From NCBI GenBank assembly GCA_041663005.1, contig JBAZRK010000002.1, positions 64,740-128,739 on the forward strand: a stretch of DNA of 64,000 nucleotides, written 5' to 3'. Shown one piece after another: positions 28,716-37,833 of this stretch; within the stretch, counting starts at the first letter, position 1; each line of letters opens with the position of its first letter. The DNA is from Minisyncoccota bacterium. GTDB lineage: Bacteria; Patescibacteriota; Minisyncoccia; Phycocordibacterales; UBA9973. The notes beneath the pieces were generated by a model. It was not told the DNA's origin. It worked only from the letters and a program-made list of their open reading frames with translations, and made no database searches. The translations under genes were made by a program, and so were the position numbers.

Positions 28716-29588
28716 TTACTCCTTGGTCTGCTTGGAGGCTAAGCGGAGAATAATTTCTCGCGCTGCTTGGCGCGAGTCGGTGATTACCACAGAGTTGTTA
28801 TCAGCATAGACATACATCATAACTAGATTGCCCTCGCTGTCAGTAAGGATGCGAGCATTTTTATTTTCGACTATACCGTCTTCGAAATTTTTAGTTAAAA
28901 GATATTTATTTTCTTCGCTTATACTTCTTCCATATAACTGATAGATGTCCGCAAACATTTTCTCCTCCCAGTTTTTGAGAGGGGTGAATATATCTTCAGC
29001 ACTCCTCGCTTTAAGGAGAATGAAAAAGCCATTACTCTGATCCGCCTCTGAAGCTACCGAATTCTTAACCACGCCCAAAAGAAAATTGTCGCTAACGAAA
29101 ACTTCATTATCTCCTGGTATGAAATTGCTCCCGACTAACGCCACGAATTTTCTTAGCCCTACTACCTGCTTGTCTTGTGTCAAATACATCCCTTCAATCC
29201 CGCCGGGCTTAACCGTAGAATTTTTAACTTGATTCACAATACTATGAACCACGTCAATGCTCTTGAGTCCTGCCGTTTCAATAAAAGAGCTTTTGTCGGT
29301 AAATACTAACGGCACGAATTCAGGCCCGAGCTCGATGGCCTGCGGGCCCCTTCTCGCTATGAAGAACGCGAGAATACCTACGCCTAAAACTAGAAGCAGT
29401 ACACTCACGATAATTAACATCTTGTTTTTCCTAGATTCCGGAGATAGATTCTTCTTTTCGTTCTCACGCTGCTCTTCAGCTGTGATTATTTTCTTGACTA
29501 GACCTTCTCGGTCATTCTCAATAACCTCAGCAATGTCGCTAGAATAAGTTTCTACGATTACTTTTTTATTTTTATTGTCCGACTCCAT
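28716..29588 (-). CDS. Hypothetical membrane-anchored protein
   Basis: ORF with one N-terminal TM helix (MLIIVSVLLLVLGVGILAFFIA). An ATG at 29588 is preferred over the longer track start, which would overlap pnp by about 100 nt. Confidence 0.5.
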   Translation of the reverse strand: MESDNKNKKVIVETYSSDIAEVIENDREGLVKKIITAEEQRENEKKNLSPESRKNKMLIIVSVLLLVLGVGILAFFIARRGPQAIELGPEFVPLVFTDKSSFIETAGLKSIDVVHSIVNQVKNSTVKPGGIEGMYLTQDKQVVGLRKFVALVGSNFIPGDNEVFVSDNFLLGVVKNSVASEADQSNGFFILLKARSAEDIFTPLKNWEEKMFADIYQLYGRSISEENKYLLTKNFEDGIVENKNARILTDSEGNLVMMYVYADNNSVVITDSRQAAREIILRLASKQTKE

Positions 29589-31773
29589 TCTGCTTGAAAA
29601 AGTTTGGGTCTGCTGCTCGGATTGAAAGTCCGATTTTACCTCGCTCAGAATCAATGTTAATAACCTTAACCGGCACAATCATCCCTTCCTTTATTATACT
29701 ACCTACGCGCTCAACGCGGAACGGTGCTATTTCGGATATGTGGACCATCCCGTCAGTGAAATGATTAAGGCGCACGAAAGCTCCGAAATCGGCAATCTTT
29801 ACCACTTCCCCTTTAAGCATCTCTCCCACCTTAAATTCATGAGTCATCTCTTCGATAACGGCCTTCGCCTTGTCGGCTGCACCGGCTTTACCGGTCAAGA
29901 AAATAGTTCCATCGTCTTCAATAGTAATTTCAGCACCGCTTTTTTCCATTATTTCCTTGATAGTCTTTCCGCCGCCACCGATTACCATCCCTATCTTATC
30001 GGGGTTTATTTTAATTATGAGTATTTCCGGTGCATTTGGAGAGATCGTCGCACGTGGCGCAGAAATTTCTTTCTCGATTGTGTCGAGAATAGTAACTCGT
30101 GCAGCTTTCGCTTGAACCATCGCTTCACCTAATATTTTTATCGGCACTCCTTCCACCTTTACGTCTAGCTGGATAGCGGTCACACCTTCGCGAGTACCCG
30201 CAATTTTGAAATCCATATCACCGTGGTGATCTTCTGGCCCTTGGATATCGGTAAGAATTTTATACTTAGAATCATTCTCATACATTAGCCCCATCGCAAT
30301 CCCGGCCACCGGTGCTTTAATAGGCACACCGCCGTCCATAAGCGCGAGAGTCATCGCACAGATAGATGCTTGAGAAGTTGAACCGTTGGAAGCCATAGAC
30401 TCCGACACCACCCGAATCGTGTATGGGAATTTTTCTGCTGAAGGCAGTACCATCGCAAGCGCTTTCTCAGCGAGAGCACCGTGTCCCACTTCTCGACGAT
30501 TAGTAAATCCGGACCTGCCAACTTCGCCCGCAGAGTATGGCGGAAAGTTGTAGTGGTGCATAAATCTTTTTTCTTCGTTTAGTTGTAGTCCGTCCACAGT
30601 ATTGCGCGCATCGGGTCCGCCTAAAGTTAGAACCGAGAGCACGTGAGTGCCTCCGCGATAGAAAATTCCGGAACCATGAAGCTTGCTCGACAGTCCCCCC
30701 GCTTGCGCATACAGTTCGCGCACTTGGTCCATTGCTCTGCCGTCTGCACGTTTGTTGTCTTCGACAGCTTTCTTGTGGAGAATTTCGTTTTCGGTATCGT
30801 CGAAAATATCATCCTCCGTGGCGAAGTCTTCTTGGTCGGGGAATTTTTCTCGGACAAGATTGTTCCAGGTGGTGTGTAGGGCATCTATCTTTTGTTTTCC
30901 TGCGCCCGCGAAAATAGCTTCTTCCATTTTCGGAAGAATTTCCGACTTAAAGAGCGCCAAAGAAGCTTCGCTGATTTTTTCTTTCTCAATGATTCGCTTC
31001 TCTTTGCCAAGCTCAGCTACTATTTTCTTTTGGAAATCTTCGAGTTTGGTTATTTCTTCACTAGCCCGCTTGAGGGCTTCTTCGAGCTCCGCCTCGCCCG
31101 TTTCGCGAGCAGAAGCTTCAATCATATTCACATTGCCACCCTTGCCGCAGACCGTCAGGTCAAACTTATAAATAGCGGCATCGGGCAACCTTAATTCTTG
31201 GGCTGGATTTATTTTCAAAACATCGTCATTATATTTACCTATGCGAACACAACCAACTGGGCCTGCCCAGGGAATTTCAGAAACAGCGAGCGCGAGCGAT
31301 GCCGCGTTGACTGCTAGAATTGTCGGGTCATTCTCGTCCACTGAAAGCACGGTCACAATAACCTGCACCGCGTGGCGCATTGACTGGTCGAAGAGTGGGC
31401 GAAGCGTGCGGTCGATAACTCGGCTCGCAAGTACAGCTGTTTCGGAAGGCTTGCCTTCCCTTCGTACAAAACGCGAACCTAGAATTTTCCCCGCAGCATA
31501 AAATTTCTCCGCATAGTCTACGGTCAAATTAAAAAATCCGAGCCCCTGCTGCTTGTCGCGAGACATACACGCCGTCGCGAGAACTATTGTTTCTCCGTAT
31601 TTTAAAATCACGGAACCTCCGGCTTGTTCCGCCAAGTCGGTAAACATTGCGGTCATTGTCTTACCGCCTATCTCCACGCTATATTCTTTTTTTTGCATAG
31701 TCTTGCCCATAAGGGCGAGTTCCCCTCCAGAATAAAGTACTGTTTCACCGTATCTTTCTCCTCGGTGAGACAC
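29572..31773 (-). CDS. pnp: Polyribonucleotide nucleotidyltransferase (PNPase)
   Basis: Two RNase PH domains, a KH domain and an S1 domain. 733 aa. Confidence 0.95.
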   Translation of the reverse strand: MSHRGERYGETVLYSGGELALMGKTMQKKEYSVEIGGKTMTAMFTDLAEQAGGSVILKYGETIVLATACMSRDKQQGLGFFNLTVDYAEKFYAAGKILGSRFVRREGKPSETAVLASRVIDRTLRPLFDQSMRHAVQVIVTVLSVDENDPTILAVNAASLALAVSEIPWAGPVGCVRIGKYNDDVLKINPAQELRLPDAAIYKFDLTVCGKGGNVNMIEASARETGEAELEEALKRASEEITKLEDFQKKIVAELGKEKRIIEKEKISEASLALFKSEILPKMEEAIFAGAGKQKIDALHTTWNNLVREKFPDQEDFATEDDIFDDTENEILHKKAVEDNKRADGRAMDQVRELYAQAGGLSSKLHGSGIFYRGGTHVLSVLTLGGPDARNTVDGLQLNEEKRFMHHYNFPPYSAGEVGRSGFTNRREVGHGALAEKALAMVLPSAEKFPYTIRVVSESMASNGSTSQASICAMTLALMDGGVPIKAPVAGIAMGLMYENDSKYKILTDIQGPEDHHGDMDFKIAGTREGVTAIQLDVKVEGVPIKILGEAMVQAKAARVTILDTIEKEISAPRATISPNAPEILIIKINPDKIGMVIGGGGKTIKEIMEKSGAEITIEDDGTIFLTGKAGAADKAKAVIEEMTHEFKVGEMLKGEVVKIADFGAFVRLNHFTDGMVHISEIAPFRVERVGSIIKEGMIVPVKVINIDSERGKIGLSIRAADPNFFKQNGVGQ

Positions 31774-31860
31774 TATCTCTATCTGAAGGCGAACAAATAA
31801 GTTAACTGATAAACAAAGCCATAACGGCTCAGATAATGGTTATACTAGCACTTTGAGTTC

Positions 31861-31895
31861 AAAAAGCAAAAGCGCGAGAGGGGTCTCTCGCGCTT
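31861..31895 (-). terminator. Rho-independent terminator after the NYN gene
   Basis: On the minus strand: gcgcgagag-accc-ctctcgcgc followed by ttttgcttttt. Confidence 0.5.
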
Positions 31896-31903
31896 TCTCC
31901 GAA

Positions 31904-32413
31904 CTATCTTATCCCAATCAAATATTTTTTCGGATCTTCGGACAAATCTACGAAATCATCTACCGCTTCGCGAAGTTTGCCTGACGTTGATTTGCCGAAA
32001 GAAACCACCTCCACCTGCACACCTATAGTCTGTAAATACTCCACTAGTGGAATAAAATCTCCGTCACCAGAAACAATGACCACCGAGTCTAAGCGAGGAG
32101 CCATTTTAATAGCGTCGACAGCAAGACCGACGTCCCAGTCGGCCTTCTTGGCACCGCCAGCAAATATTTGCAGGTCTTTTGTTTTCGTTTCAATTCCAAT
32201 TTTTTCTAGTGCTTCAAAAAAATTCTTCTCATCTCCGGCTTCCGTCGTAATGACATAAGCCACCGCGCGCACGAGTTTCCTCCCAGATACGGCTTCTTTT
32301 AAAACCGCCGCGAAGTTAACTCGCGCTTGATAAAGATTACGCGCTGAATGATAGACGTTCTGCGTATCTATAAAAACTCCAACTCTTTGTTCCTTGTGTT
32401 TTATAACTGTCAT
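31904..32413 (-). CDS. NYN-domain (LabA-like, PIN-like) protein
   Basis: VGVFIDTQNV...VIVSGDGDF pattern typical of NYN/LabA nucleases. Confidence 0.65.
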   Translation of the reverse strand: MTVIKHKEQRVGVFIDTQNVYHSARNLYQARVNFAAVLKEAVSGRKLVRAVAYVITTEAGDEKNFFEALEKIGIETKTKDLQIFAGGAKKADWDVGLAVDAIKMAPRLDSVVIVSGDGDFIPLVEYLQTIGVQVEVVSFGKSTSGKLREAVDDFVDLSEDPKKYLIGIR

Positions 32414-32489
32414 TTATGAAAATTATTAAAAATACTAGCTTATTAAAATTATAGCACTAAATTATAAAAGGGCTTTCGCTCTTTTTATG

Positions 32490-32753
32490 TTATGCGAGGT
32501 CCATTTTCTTCACTAGCGCTGCATAGCGAGTTTTGTCCTTGCGTTCGAGATACTTCAAATGAGTTCGTCGGTCCGCCACCATCTTGATGAGGCCTCGGCG
32601 AGAGTGATTATCCTTCTTGTGTTTCTTTAAATGTTTAGCGAGCGCGTCAATCTGCGTAGACAAAACAGCCACCTGCACTTCCGGGGAGCCTGTGTCCTTG
32701 TCGTGAATCTGATTTTTCTTTATAACTGCTTGCTTTTTCTTGGTTGCTAACAT
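32490..32753 (-). CDS. rpsO: 30S ribosomal protein S15
   Basis: DTGSPEVQVAVLSTQI...HKKDNHSRRGLIKMVADRR matches S15. The track start is an upstream TTG, so the internal ATG at 32753 is preferred. Confidence 0.85.
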   Translation of the reverse strand: MLATKKKQAVIKKNQIHDKDTGSPEVQVAVLSTQIDALAKHLKKHKKDNHSRRGLIKMVADRRTHLKYLERKDKTRYAALVKKMDLA

Positions 32754-32796
32754 AAACGCTATAGTAGCATAAAGTAAGGGGTTTTGCAAGCCTGGC

Positions 32797-33523
32797 TTAC
32801 TTTTTACCCTTCTTCTGAGCTTTTACATACTTTAGATACTTGTCGGAAAAAACTGCCACGTGGTAATGCGGAGGATGATGTTCGCGGGTGGCTTCGAGAA
32901 ATCCCGCTTTCTCCATTAGTAAAAGATTCCGCTCTAAGTACTGCCTACTCTTAGCACTTTCTGGAACCTTAAGATCGAGCGCCATACCTGTGGGATGCAC
33001 CGAATTCGGAGAAGCATTTTTGGGTTGCTTGTCGAGTGTACGCAGTAAACTTGTCACCACTAACTTCTCGCCACAAGCATTTAGAAATTGCCTGGAAAAT
33101 CTCTGCAACCAAAGCTTCGTGGCTGGCCGTGCATATGGGAAACTTACCTCCCCGTCTAAAATAAAACTTTCTGCATTTGAAAGGTGCACAAGATAACCCG
33201 CTTTCACATACCGACTGACCATGTATGAGTCGCGCATTTTGTCGAATTTATTGCGCACTGCCTCTTTTACCATTCTTCTGATGGAAGCTCTAGATCCTTT
33301 CAAGCTTGGTTCTCGTGTTTTCGCTTCCGCGTCTTCAGGTAAAATTAAACTCTCTATTGATGCTACCGAGGCCCCCGCTAAACCTGCCCCCATTTTATGT
33401 AAAAATTCTCGACGAGAAATTTCAATATTTTCTTCAAGGTTTGGCTCTTCGGGTGGGGTCGCAGGTGGGACCTTAGGTGCTTTGTTGTTATTGCCAAAAG
33501 GATTTTCTATCATTATTTGATTA
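32797..33523 (-). CDS. Tat-signal peptidase M15A/DUF882 (YcbK/MepK-like murein peptidase)
   Basis: Twin-arginine motif SRREFLHKMGAGLAGAS. DUF882-like block NASPNSVHPTGMALDL. A strong Shine-Dalgarno (GAGGAGG) lies before the ATG at 33523. Confidence 0.55.
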
Positions 33524-33540
33524 TAGTCCTCCTCACAAAT

Positions 33541-33600
33541 AAAAAGAAGAGGCCTCGCAAGAAGTCGTTCTGGGCGAGGCCTTGAACCTCGCGGTTCATT
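33541..33600 (-). promoter_or_regulatory. Leader with mutually exclusive hairpins. A terminator (aggcctcgc...gcgaggcct followed by ttcttttt) competes with an upstream stem (gcgagg...cctcgc), giving a candidate attenuator
   Basis: Seen by folding the minus-strand sequence by eye. It sits between the STAS gene stop and the peptidase Shine-Dalgarno. A further GC palindrome ccgggcggcgtacgccgcccgg lies at 33645-33666. Confidence 0.35.
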
Positions 33601-33671
33601 GATTCTGATTGATTTTTGTTTTAAAGAACAGTGGTCTCCGTTGCCGGGCGGCGTACGCCGCCCGGCAGAGA

Positions 33672-34025
33672 TCACAACGCTCGACAGCTCAACACAGCTT
33701 CGTGTTCATTATCGAACGTATGGAAAACTGAATTAAGCCCGGTCTTTTGAAACAGGTCCACTAAGTTGTGGGGTACGCGAAGGAATCGCAAATCACGTCC
33801 TTTGTGGGTAAGCGTGGTGTAGCAATTAACCAGCATTCCCACACCAGCAGGATCGACCACAAGAATTCCCCCAAAATCAAGAATTATGTGGTGGTTCCGC
33901 TGACCAAACACCATCTGCCCGAGGGTACTTATCGCGTCATTGCTCAGAATGATTTTCCCCTCCATGTGGAAAATAATCACGTTGTGGGTTTCGAGATACC
34001 TCTCGTCTGTTGTGATTTTAAACAT
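33672..34025 (-). CDS. STAS-domain anti-sigma-factor antagonist (SpoIIAA-like)
   Basis: MFKITTDE...ILDFGG....D.AG...L pattern of anti-anti-sigma factors. The track's TTG start at 34055 lies inside a hairpin, so the ATG at 34025 is preferred. Confidence 0.6.
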   Translation of the reverse strand: MFKITTDERYLETHNVIIFHMEGKIILSNDAISTLGQMVFGQRNHHIILDFGGILVVDPAGVGMLVNCYTTLTHKGRDLRFLRVPHNLVDLFQKTGLNSVFHTFDNEHEAVLSCRAL

Positions 34026-34213
34026 TTCCCCTCCCCGTAAGAACGTTAGGGGCAATAAATAAAAGAGCGCCCGCTCTCTTGTTTATTGCCCTGTTTTTGT
34101 GTCTGTGCCCATACTATATTAAAAAACAAAAAAAATAAACTTTTACTAGTGTCGCGAAACCCCGCACTAGAGCAAGCTCAGTACGGGGCAAGTATTTATG
34201 CTAAAATGTCTTT

Positions 34214-35149
34214 ATGGCCTCTCTCAAACTTCTGAAAACCAGATTCCTGGAATACATAGAAATAGAACGCGGGCGGTCGCTTAAAACCGTAGAAAATTAC
34301 GATCATTACCTAGTGCGTTTTTTGGACTTTATTAAAACTGACAATCCGAGCAATATCACCGCAGACAACGTTCGCGAATTCAGACTATGGCTCAATCGCC
34401 AGCCAGCAGGTAATAAAAAGGCTGGGCAGACTCTTAACAAGAAAACACAAAATTACTACCTCATAGCCATCCGCGCTTTCCTGAAATATTTGGCGAGGCA
34501 AGACATCAAGACCCTCTCCCCTGAGAGGATAGAACTCGCCAAGGTTACCGAGCGCTCACTCGACCTCATTACTCACAGCGAGCTTGCGCGCCTATTGGGC
34601 TCCCCTAGTGGTAACGACCTTAAAGATTTGCGCGACAAAGCAATTCTTGAACTCCTCTTCTCTACCGGTCTCCGTGTTTCCGAACTCTGTTCGCTAACTT
34701 CAGATATCAATTTAGAATCCGACCAGCTTTCTGTCCGCGGTAAGGGTGGCAAAGTTCGCGTTATTTTCATTTCTCCTCTGGCTAAACAAAGCGTCGAGAA
34801 ATATCTAGCCGCCAGGAAAGATATGTCGCCTGCACTTTTTGTGCAAGTAAACCCTGCGTCCGGTGCTGGGAAAAATGCAAAGAAGGAAGCCTTCGACGCC
34901 AAGCCACTTACCAAAAGGTCAGTTGAGAGAATAGTGAAACAACACGCCATCAAGGCCGGCATCTCGAAAAAAGTTACTCCGCACGTAATTCGCCATATGT
35001 TCGCCACCGACCTCTTGGGGAACGGCGCCGACATAAGGTCTGTGCAGATGATGCTCGGGCATTCGAGTATTTCCACCACCCAAATTTATACTCACGTCAC
35101 CGACAAGCACTTGCTTGAGGTTCATAAGAAATTTCACAATAAAAGATAA
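34214..35149 (+). CDS. Tyrosine recombinase XerC/XerD family
   Basis: C-terminal catalytic motifs R..HVIRHMFAT.LL..G.D...VQ..LGH.SI.TTQIYTHV. Confidence 0.85.
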   Translation: MASLKLLKTRFLEYIEIERGRSLKTVENYDHYLVRFLDFIKTDNPSNITADNVREFRLWLNRQPAGNKKAGQTLNKKTQNYYLIAIRAFLKYLARQDIKTLSPERIELAKVTERSLDLITHSELARLLGSPSGNDLKDLRDKAILELLFSTGLRVSELCSLTSDINLESDQLSVRGKGGKVRVIFISPLAKQSVEKYLAARKDMSPALFVQVNPASGAGKNAKKEAFDAKPLTKRSVERIVKQHAIKAGISKKVTPHVIRHMFATDLLGNGADIRSVQMMLGHSSISTTQIYTHVTDKHLLEVHKKFHNKR

Positions 35150-35967
35150 TGAAAATAATAAGCTGGAACGTCAACGGAATACGGGCAGTGCACAAGAAAG
35201 GACTTTTTGTACCTTTTGTGAAAAAATACCAACCTGATATTTTATGCCTGCAGGAAACCAAGGCTGAACAACACCAGAGCCAAGTTGACCTCGACGAATA
35301 TGAAGAATATTGGCATTCTGCGGAACGGAAGGGCTACAGCGGTACAGCAATTTTCACCCGGATAGAGGTTAAACCTCTATCTGTGGTTTTTGGTTTGCCG
35401 AAAAGTATCGAAAAAAAATATAATTTGAAAGATAAATATGGTGACCCGAACACCGAGGGCAGAATAATTTGCGCAGAATTTAAAGATTTCTTTGTAGTGA
35501 CTGTTTACACCCCAAACGCTAAGGATGACCTCTCTCGCCTCCCCCTCCGCCACAAGCATTGGGATCCAGCATTTCTGGAATATATGAAAAGTTTAGAAAA
35601 TCCTTCGGCAAGCTCAGGACGTACCGGAAAACCAGTAATTTTTTGCGGAGATTTAAATGTGGCCCACACGCCGGACGACCTCGCTCGTCCGAAAGAAAAT
35701 GTCGGCAACAAAGGCTTCACTGACGAAGAGCGTGAAGGAATTCAAAATATAATTGATGCAGGCTTCGTAGACACTTTCCGAATATTCACTAAAGGCAACG
35801 GGCACTACTCCTGGTGGAGCCACTTTGCCAACGCTCGCGCACGGAACGTCGGCTGGCGCATCGACTATATTTTCGTCTCACAAAAATTAGCAAAGAAGGT
35901 TAAAAAGGCTGAAATTTTACCTGAAGTCCTAGGCTCAGATCATTGCCCCGTCTCTATAGAGCTATAA
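35149..35967 (+). CDS. xth: Exodeoxyribonuclease III (AP endonuclease)
   Basis: MKIISWNVNGIRA, CLQETK, GDLNVAH, SDHCPV motifs. Confidence 0.9.
   Translation: MKIISWNVNGIRAVHKKGLFVPFVKKYQPDILCLQETKAEQHQSQVDLDEYEEYWHSAERKGYSGTAIFTRIEVKPLSVVFGLPKSIEKKYNLKDKYGDPNTEGRIICAEFKDFFVVTVYTPNAKDDLSRLPLRHKHWDPAFLEYMKSLENPSASSGRTGKPVIFCGDLNVAHTPDDLARPKENVGNKGFTDEEREGIQNIIDAGFVDTFRIFTKGNGHYSWWSHFANARARNVGWRIDYIFVSQKLAKKVKKAEILPEVLGSDHCPVSIEL
35361..35381. repeat. 21-nt perfect palindrome GATAGAGGTTAAACCTCTATC inside xth. An identical copy is at 43195-43219
   Basis: Exact 23-nt identity between the two loci, seen directly. Confidence 0.6.
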
Positions 35968-36808
35968 GCTTTGGTTTTACATTCCCGAACCATTTCCGGG
36001 TTAGCGCATCTATGGTCTGAGTTTCGTCGGTGATTAAAATTTTTGCGGTTTTGCCACGAGAAAGCTTTTTTGATATCTCTTCGTGCCTTGTGAGATAATT
36101 TTTTAGTTTTATCGGAACAATTTCATCTTGAGAAATTATTTTCACTTTAGTTCCAACTATTTTCTTTATCTCCTTCTTGTATATAGGATAATGGGTACAA
36201 CCCAAGACTAGCGCATCAATCTTTTTGCCCACAAAGGGCTGTAAATATTTTTTTATAAACGGCAGCGCGCTCGCTTTCTCCCCCGCTTCCGCTAGTGGCA
36301 CGAGCATCGGTGCCGAATTCTGGAATACTTTTGTTTTTTTATTTAACTTTTGAATTTCTTCTGGGAAAGCCCTCGACGCTACCGTGCCCGCCGTCCCAAG
36401 CACACCAACATTTTTAAACTTCGCGGCTTCTTCTGCCGCCGGAATTAAAACTCCAAGAACTTTCCCCGACGCTTTCGGTCGGGGTCCCGACCCCTTACGG
36501 CGTCGGGATTGATTTTTAAAATATTTCTGGAGGGGCTTCAGTGCCCGAGCAGAGGAAGTATTGCAGGCAATTATAACTATCGCGCAATTTTCTTTCTGGA
36601 AAAGATGGTTCACCGCTTCCTTGGTGAATTCGAACACCGCTTGGTGCGAGCGATTACCATAGGGCACCCTCTTGGTATCCCCTAAATACACATAGTCATA
36701 TTGAGGCATTGCTCTCCGTATTGCCTTCGCCACAATAAGCCCGCCCAACCCTGAATCAAAAATTCCTATTTTCTTCCCGTTAGAAATTTTATTATTTTTT
36801 CTTAGCAT
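35954..36808 (-). CDS. murI: Glutamate racemase
   Basis: GIFDSGLGGL, CNT, GCTHYP motifs. Contains an in-frame roughly 16-aa insertion (SRRRKGSGPRPKAS) encoded by repeat copy D. Confidence 0.9.
   Translation of the reverse strand: MLRKNNKISNGKKIGIFDSGLGGLIVAKAIRRAMPQYDYVYLGDTKRVPYGNRSHQAVFEFTKEAVNHLFQKENCAIVIIACNTSSARALKPLQKYFKNQSRRRKGSGPRPKASGKVLGVLIPAAEEAAKFKNVGVLGTAGTVASRAFPEEIQKLNKKTKVFQNSAPMLVPLAEAGEKASALPFIKKYLQPFVGKKIDALVLGCTHYPIYKKEIKKIVGTKVKIISQDEIVPIKLKNYLTRHEEISKKLSRGKTAKILITDETQTIDALTRKWFGNVKPKLIAL
36464..36508. repeat. Copy D of the double-hairpin palindromic repeat, inside murI and read in frame
   Basis: ccccgacgc-tttc-ggtcggggtcccgacc-cctta-cggcgtcggga. Confidence 0.65.
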
Positions 36809-36907
36809 ATAATATTTTATTCTGAATCTCAGTTAGTATGATTTCTAACGGGATTCATAATTACAATATAGCACACCCACAAAACCCACAAGTCGGACTT
36901 GTGGAAA

Positions 36908-37693
36908 TTATTTGCCAGATGCTTGATCGAGCTTCTTCGCCTCCGCCCAAGCGAGCTCATAAATCTTTTTCATCGCATCAGCAATCTCAGAACTCTCGAT
37001 AATAATCCCGAGCTTTTCTCTCCAAGAAGCAATCATAACTTTATCATCATAGATATTTATTTCTGGTGAAAAAATAAAATTCTCTTTCGGTACTAAAGCC
37101 GTTTCTCGCATTTCCTCTTTATCAAATTTTTTCCGCTCACAACCCTCTTCTGTATTCGGTACAATCGCTCGAATGCTTATGCCCGCGCTTGCCCGTCGCT
37201 CATAGTATTTCGGGAAGTAGCCGGGGAGTCCTCGATGCATATCTCCCACGCTGGCATACGCCCGAATGGGCTCGTTCGAAGTGAGGGTATCTTCATAAAC
37301 TTTCTCCATCCCCTCTTCGCCTTCATAAAACATCACCTTCGGTCGATTGCCAAAATTGTGAATTGCTTTGAGCTGGGGAATTAAAATTGTTTCTGCTTCT
37401 CTTAGTTCCTGGTTTTTCTTTTTTATTTGCCCAACCAGGAGAACTTTTAAATTATCGGGCGACTCCGCCACGTATTCTTGTTTCGGTTCCTTGCCGGAGA
37501 GGGTCACCAGCCCCTTGTCGAAGAGTACGCCTAAGATTTCATACACAGTTGTCCTGTGGATATGCGCCGCCCGAGCTATTTTCGAGGCGGTACCCCGCCC
37601 CAAAGCAAGCGTTGCTAGATACACACTGGCCTCTTTGTCGGAAAAACCCATTGCTCGAAGTACCTGCTTGAGCTCAGTTGATTTCTCACTCAT
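36908..37693 (-). CDS. TrmB-family transcriptional regulator
   Basis: N-terminal wHTH (KEASVYLATLALGRGTASKIARAAHIHRTTVYEILGVLFDKGLV) plus a C-terminal TrmB-like domain. Confidence 0.55.
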   Translation of the reverse strand: MSEKSTELKQVLRAMGFSDKEASVYLATLALGRGTASKIARAAHIHRTTVYEILGVLFDKGLVTLSGKEPKQEYVAESPDNLKVLLVGQIKKKNQELREAETILIPQLKAIHNFGNRPKVMFYEGEEGMEKVYEDTLTSNEPIRAYASVGDMHRGLPGYFPKYYERRASAGISIRAIVPNTEEGCERKKFDKEEMRETALVPKENFIFSPEINIYDDKVMIASWREKLGIIIESSEIADAMKKIYELAWAEAKKLDQASGK

Positions 37694-37833
37694 ATTTATA
37701 TTATATATTGAAAATAAATTGTGTCAATATTTTTAGACAAAAATACGTTATTTTTAGAATATATATTATATATACTGCATTATTTGTGACGAAAATTATT
37801 GACAATTTTGCTTTTTATTGTTAAGCTTAGTAT

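Noticed and set aside
32754-32789. N-terminal extension of rpsO (MQNPLLYATIAF…) from an upstream TTG
   Set aside because: S15 orthologs begin near the MLATKKKQ… position, so the extension is likely an artefact of a most-upstream-start ORF call.
34026-34055. N-terminal extension (MPLTFLRGGE) of the STAS gene from TTG at 34055
   Set aside because: The TTG lies inside a stable hairpin. The internal ATG gives a typical SpoIIAA-like N-terminus (MFKITTDE).
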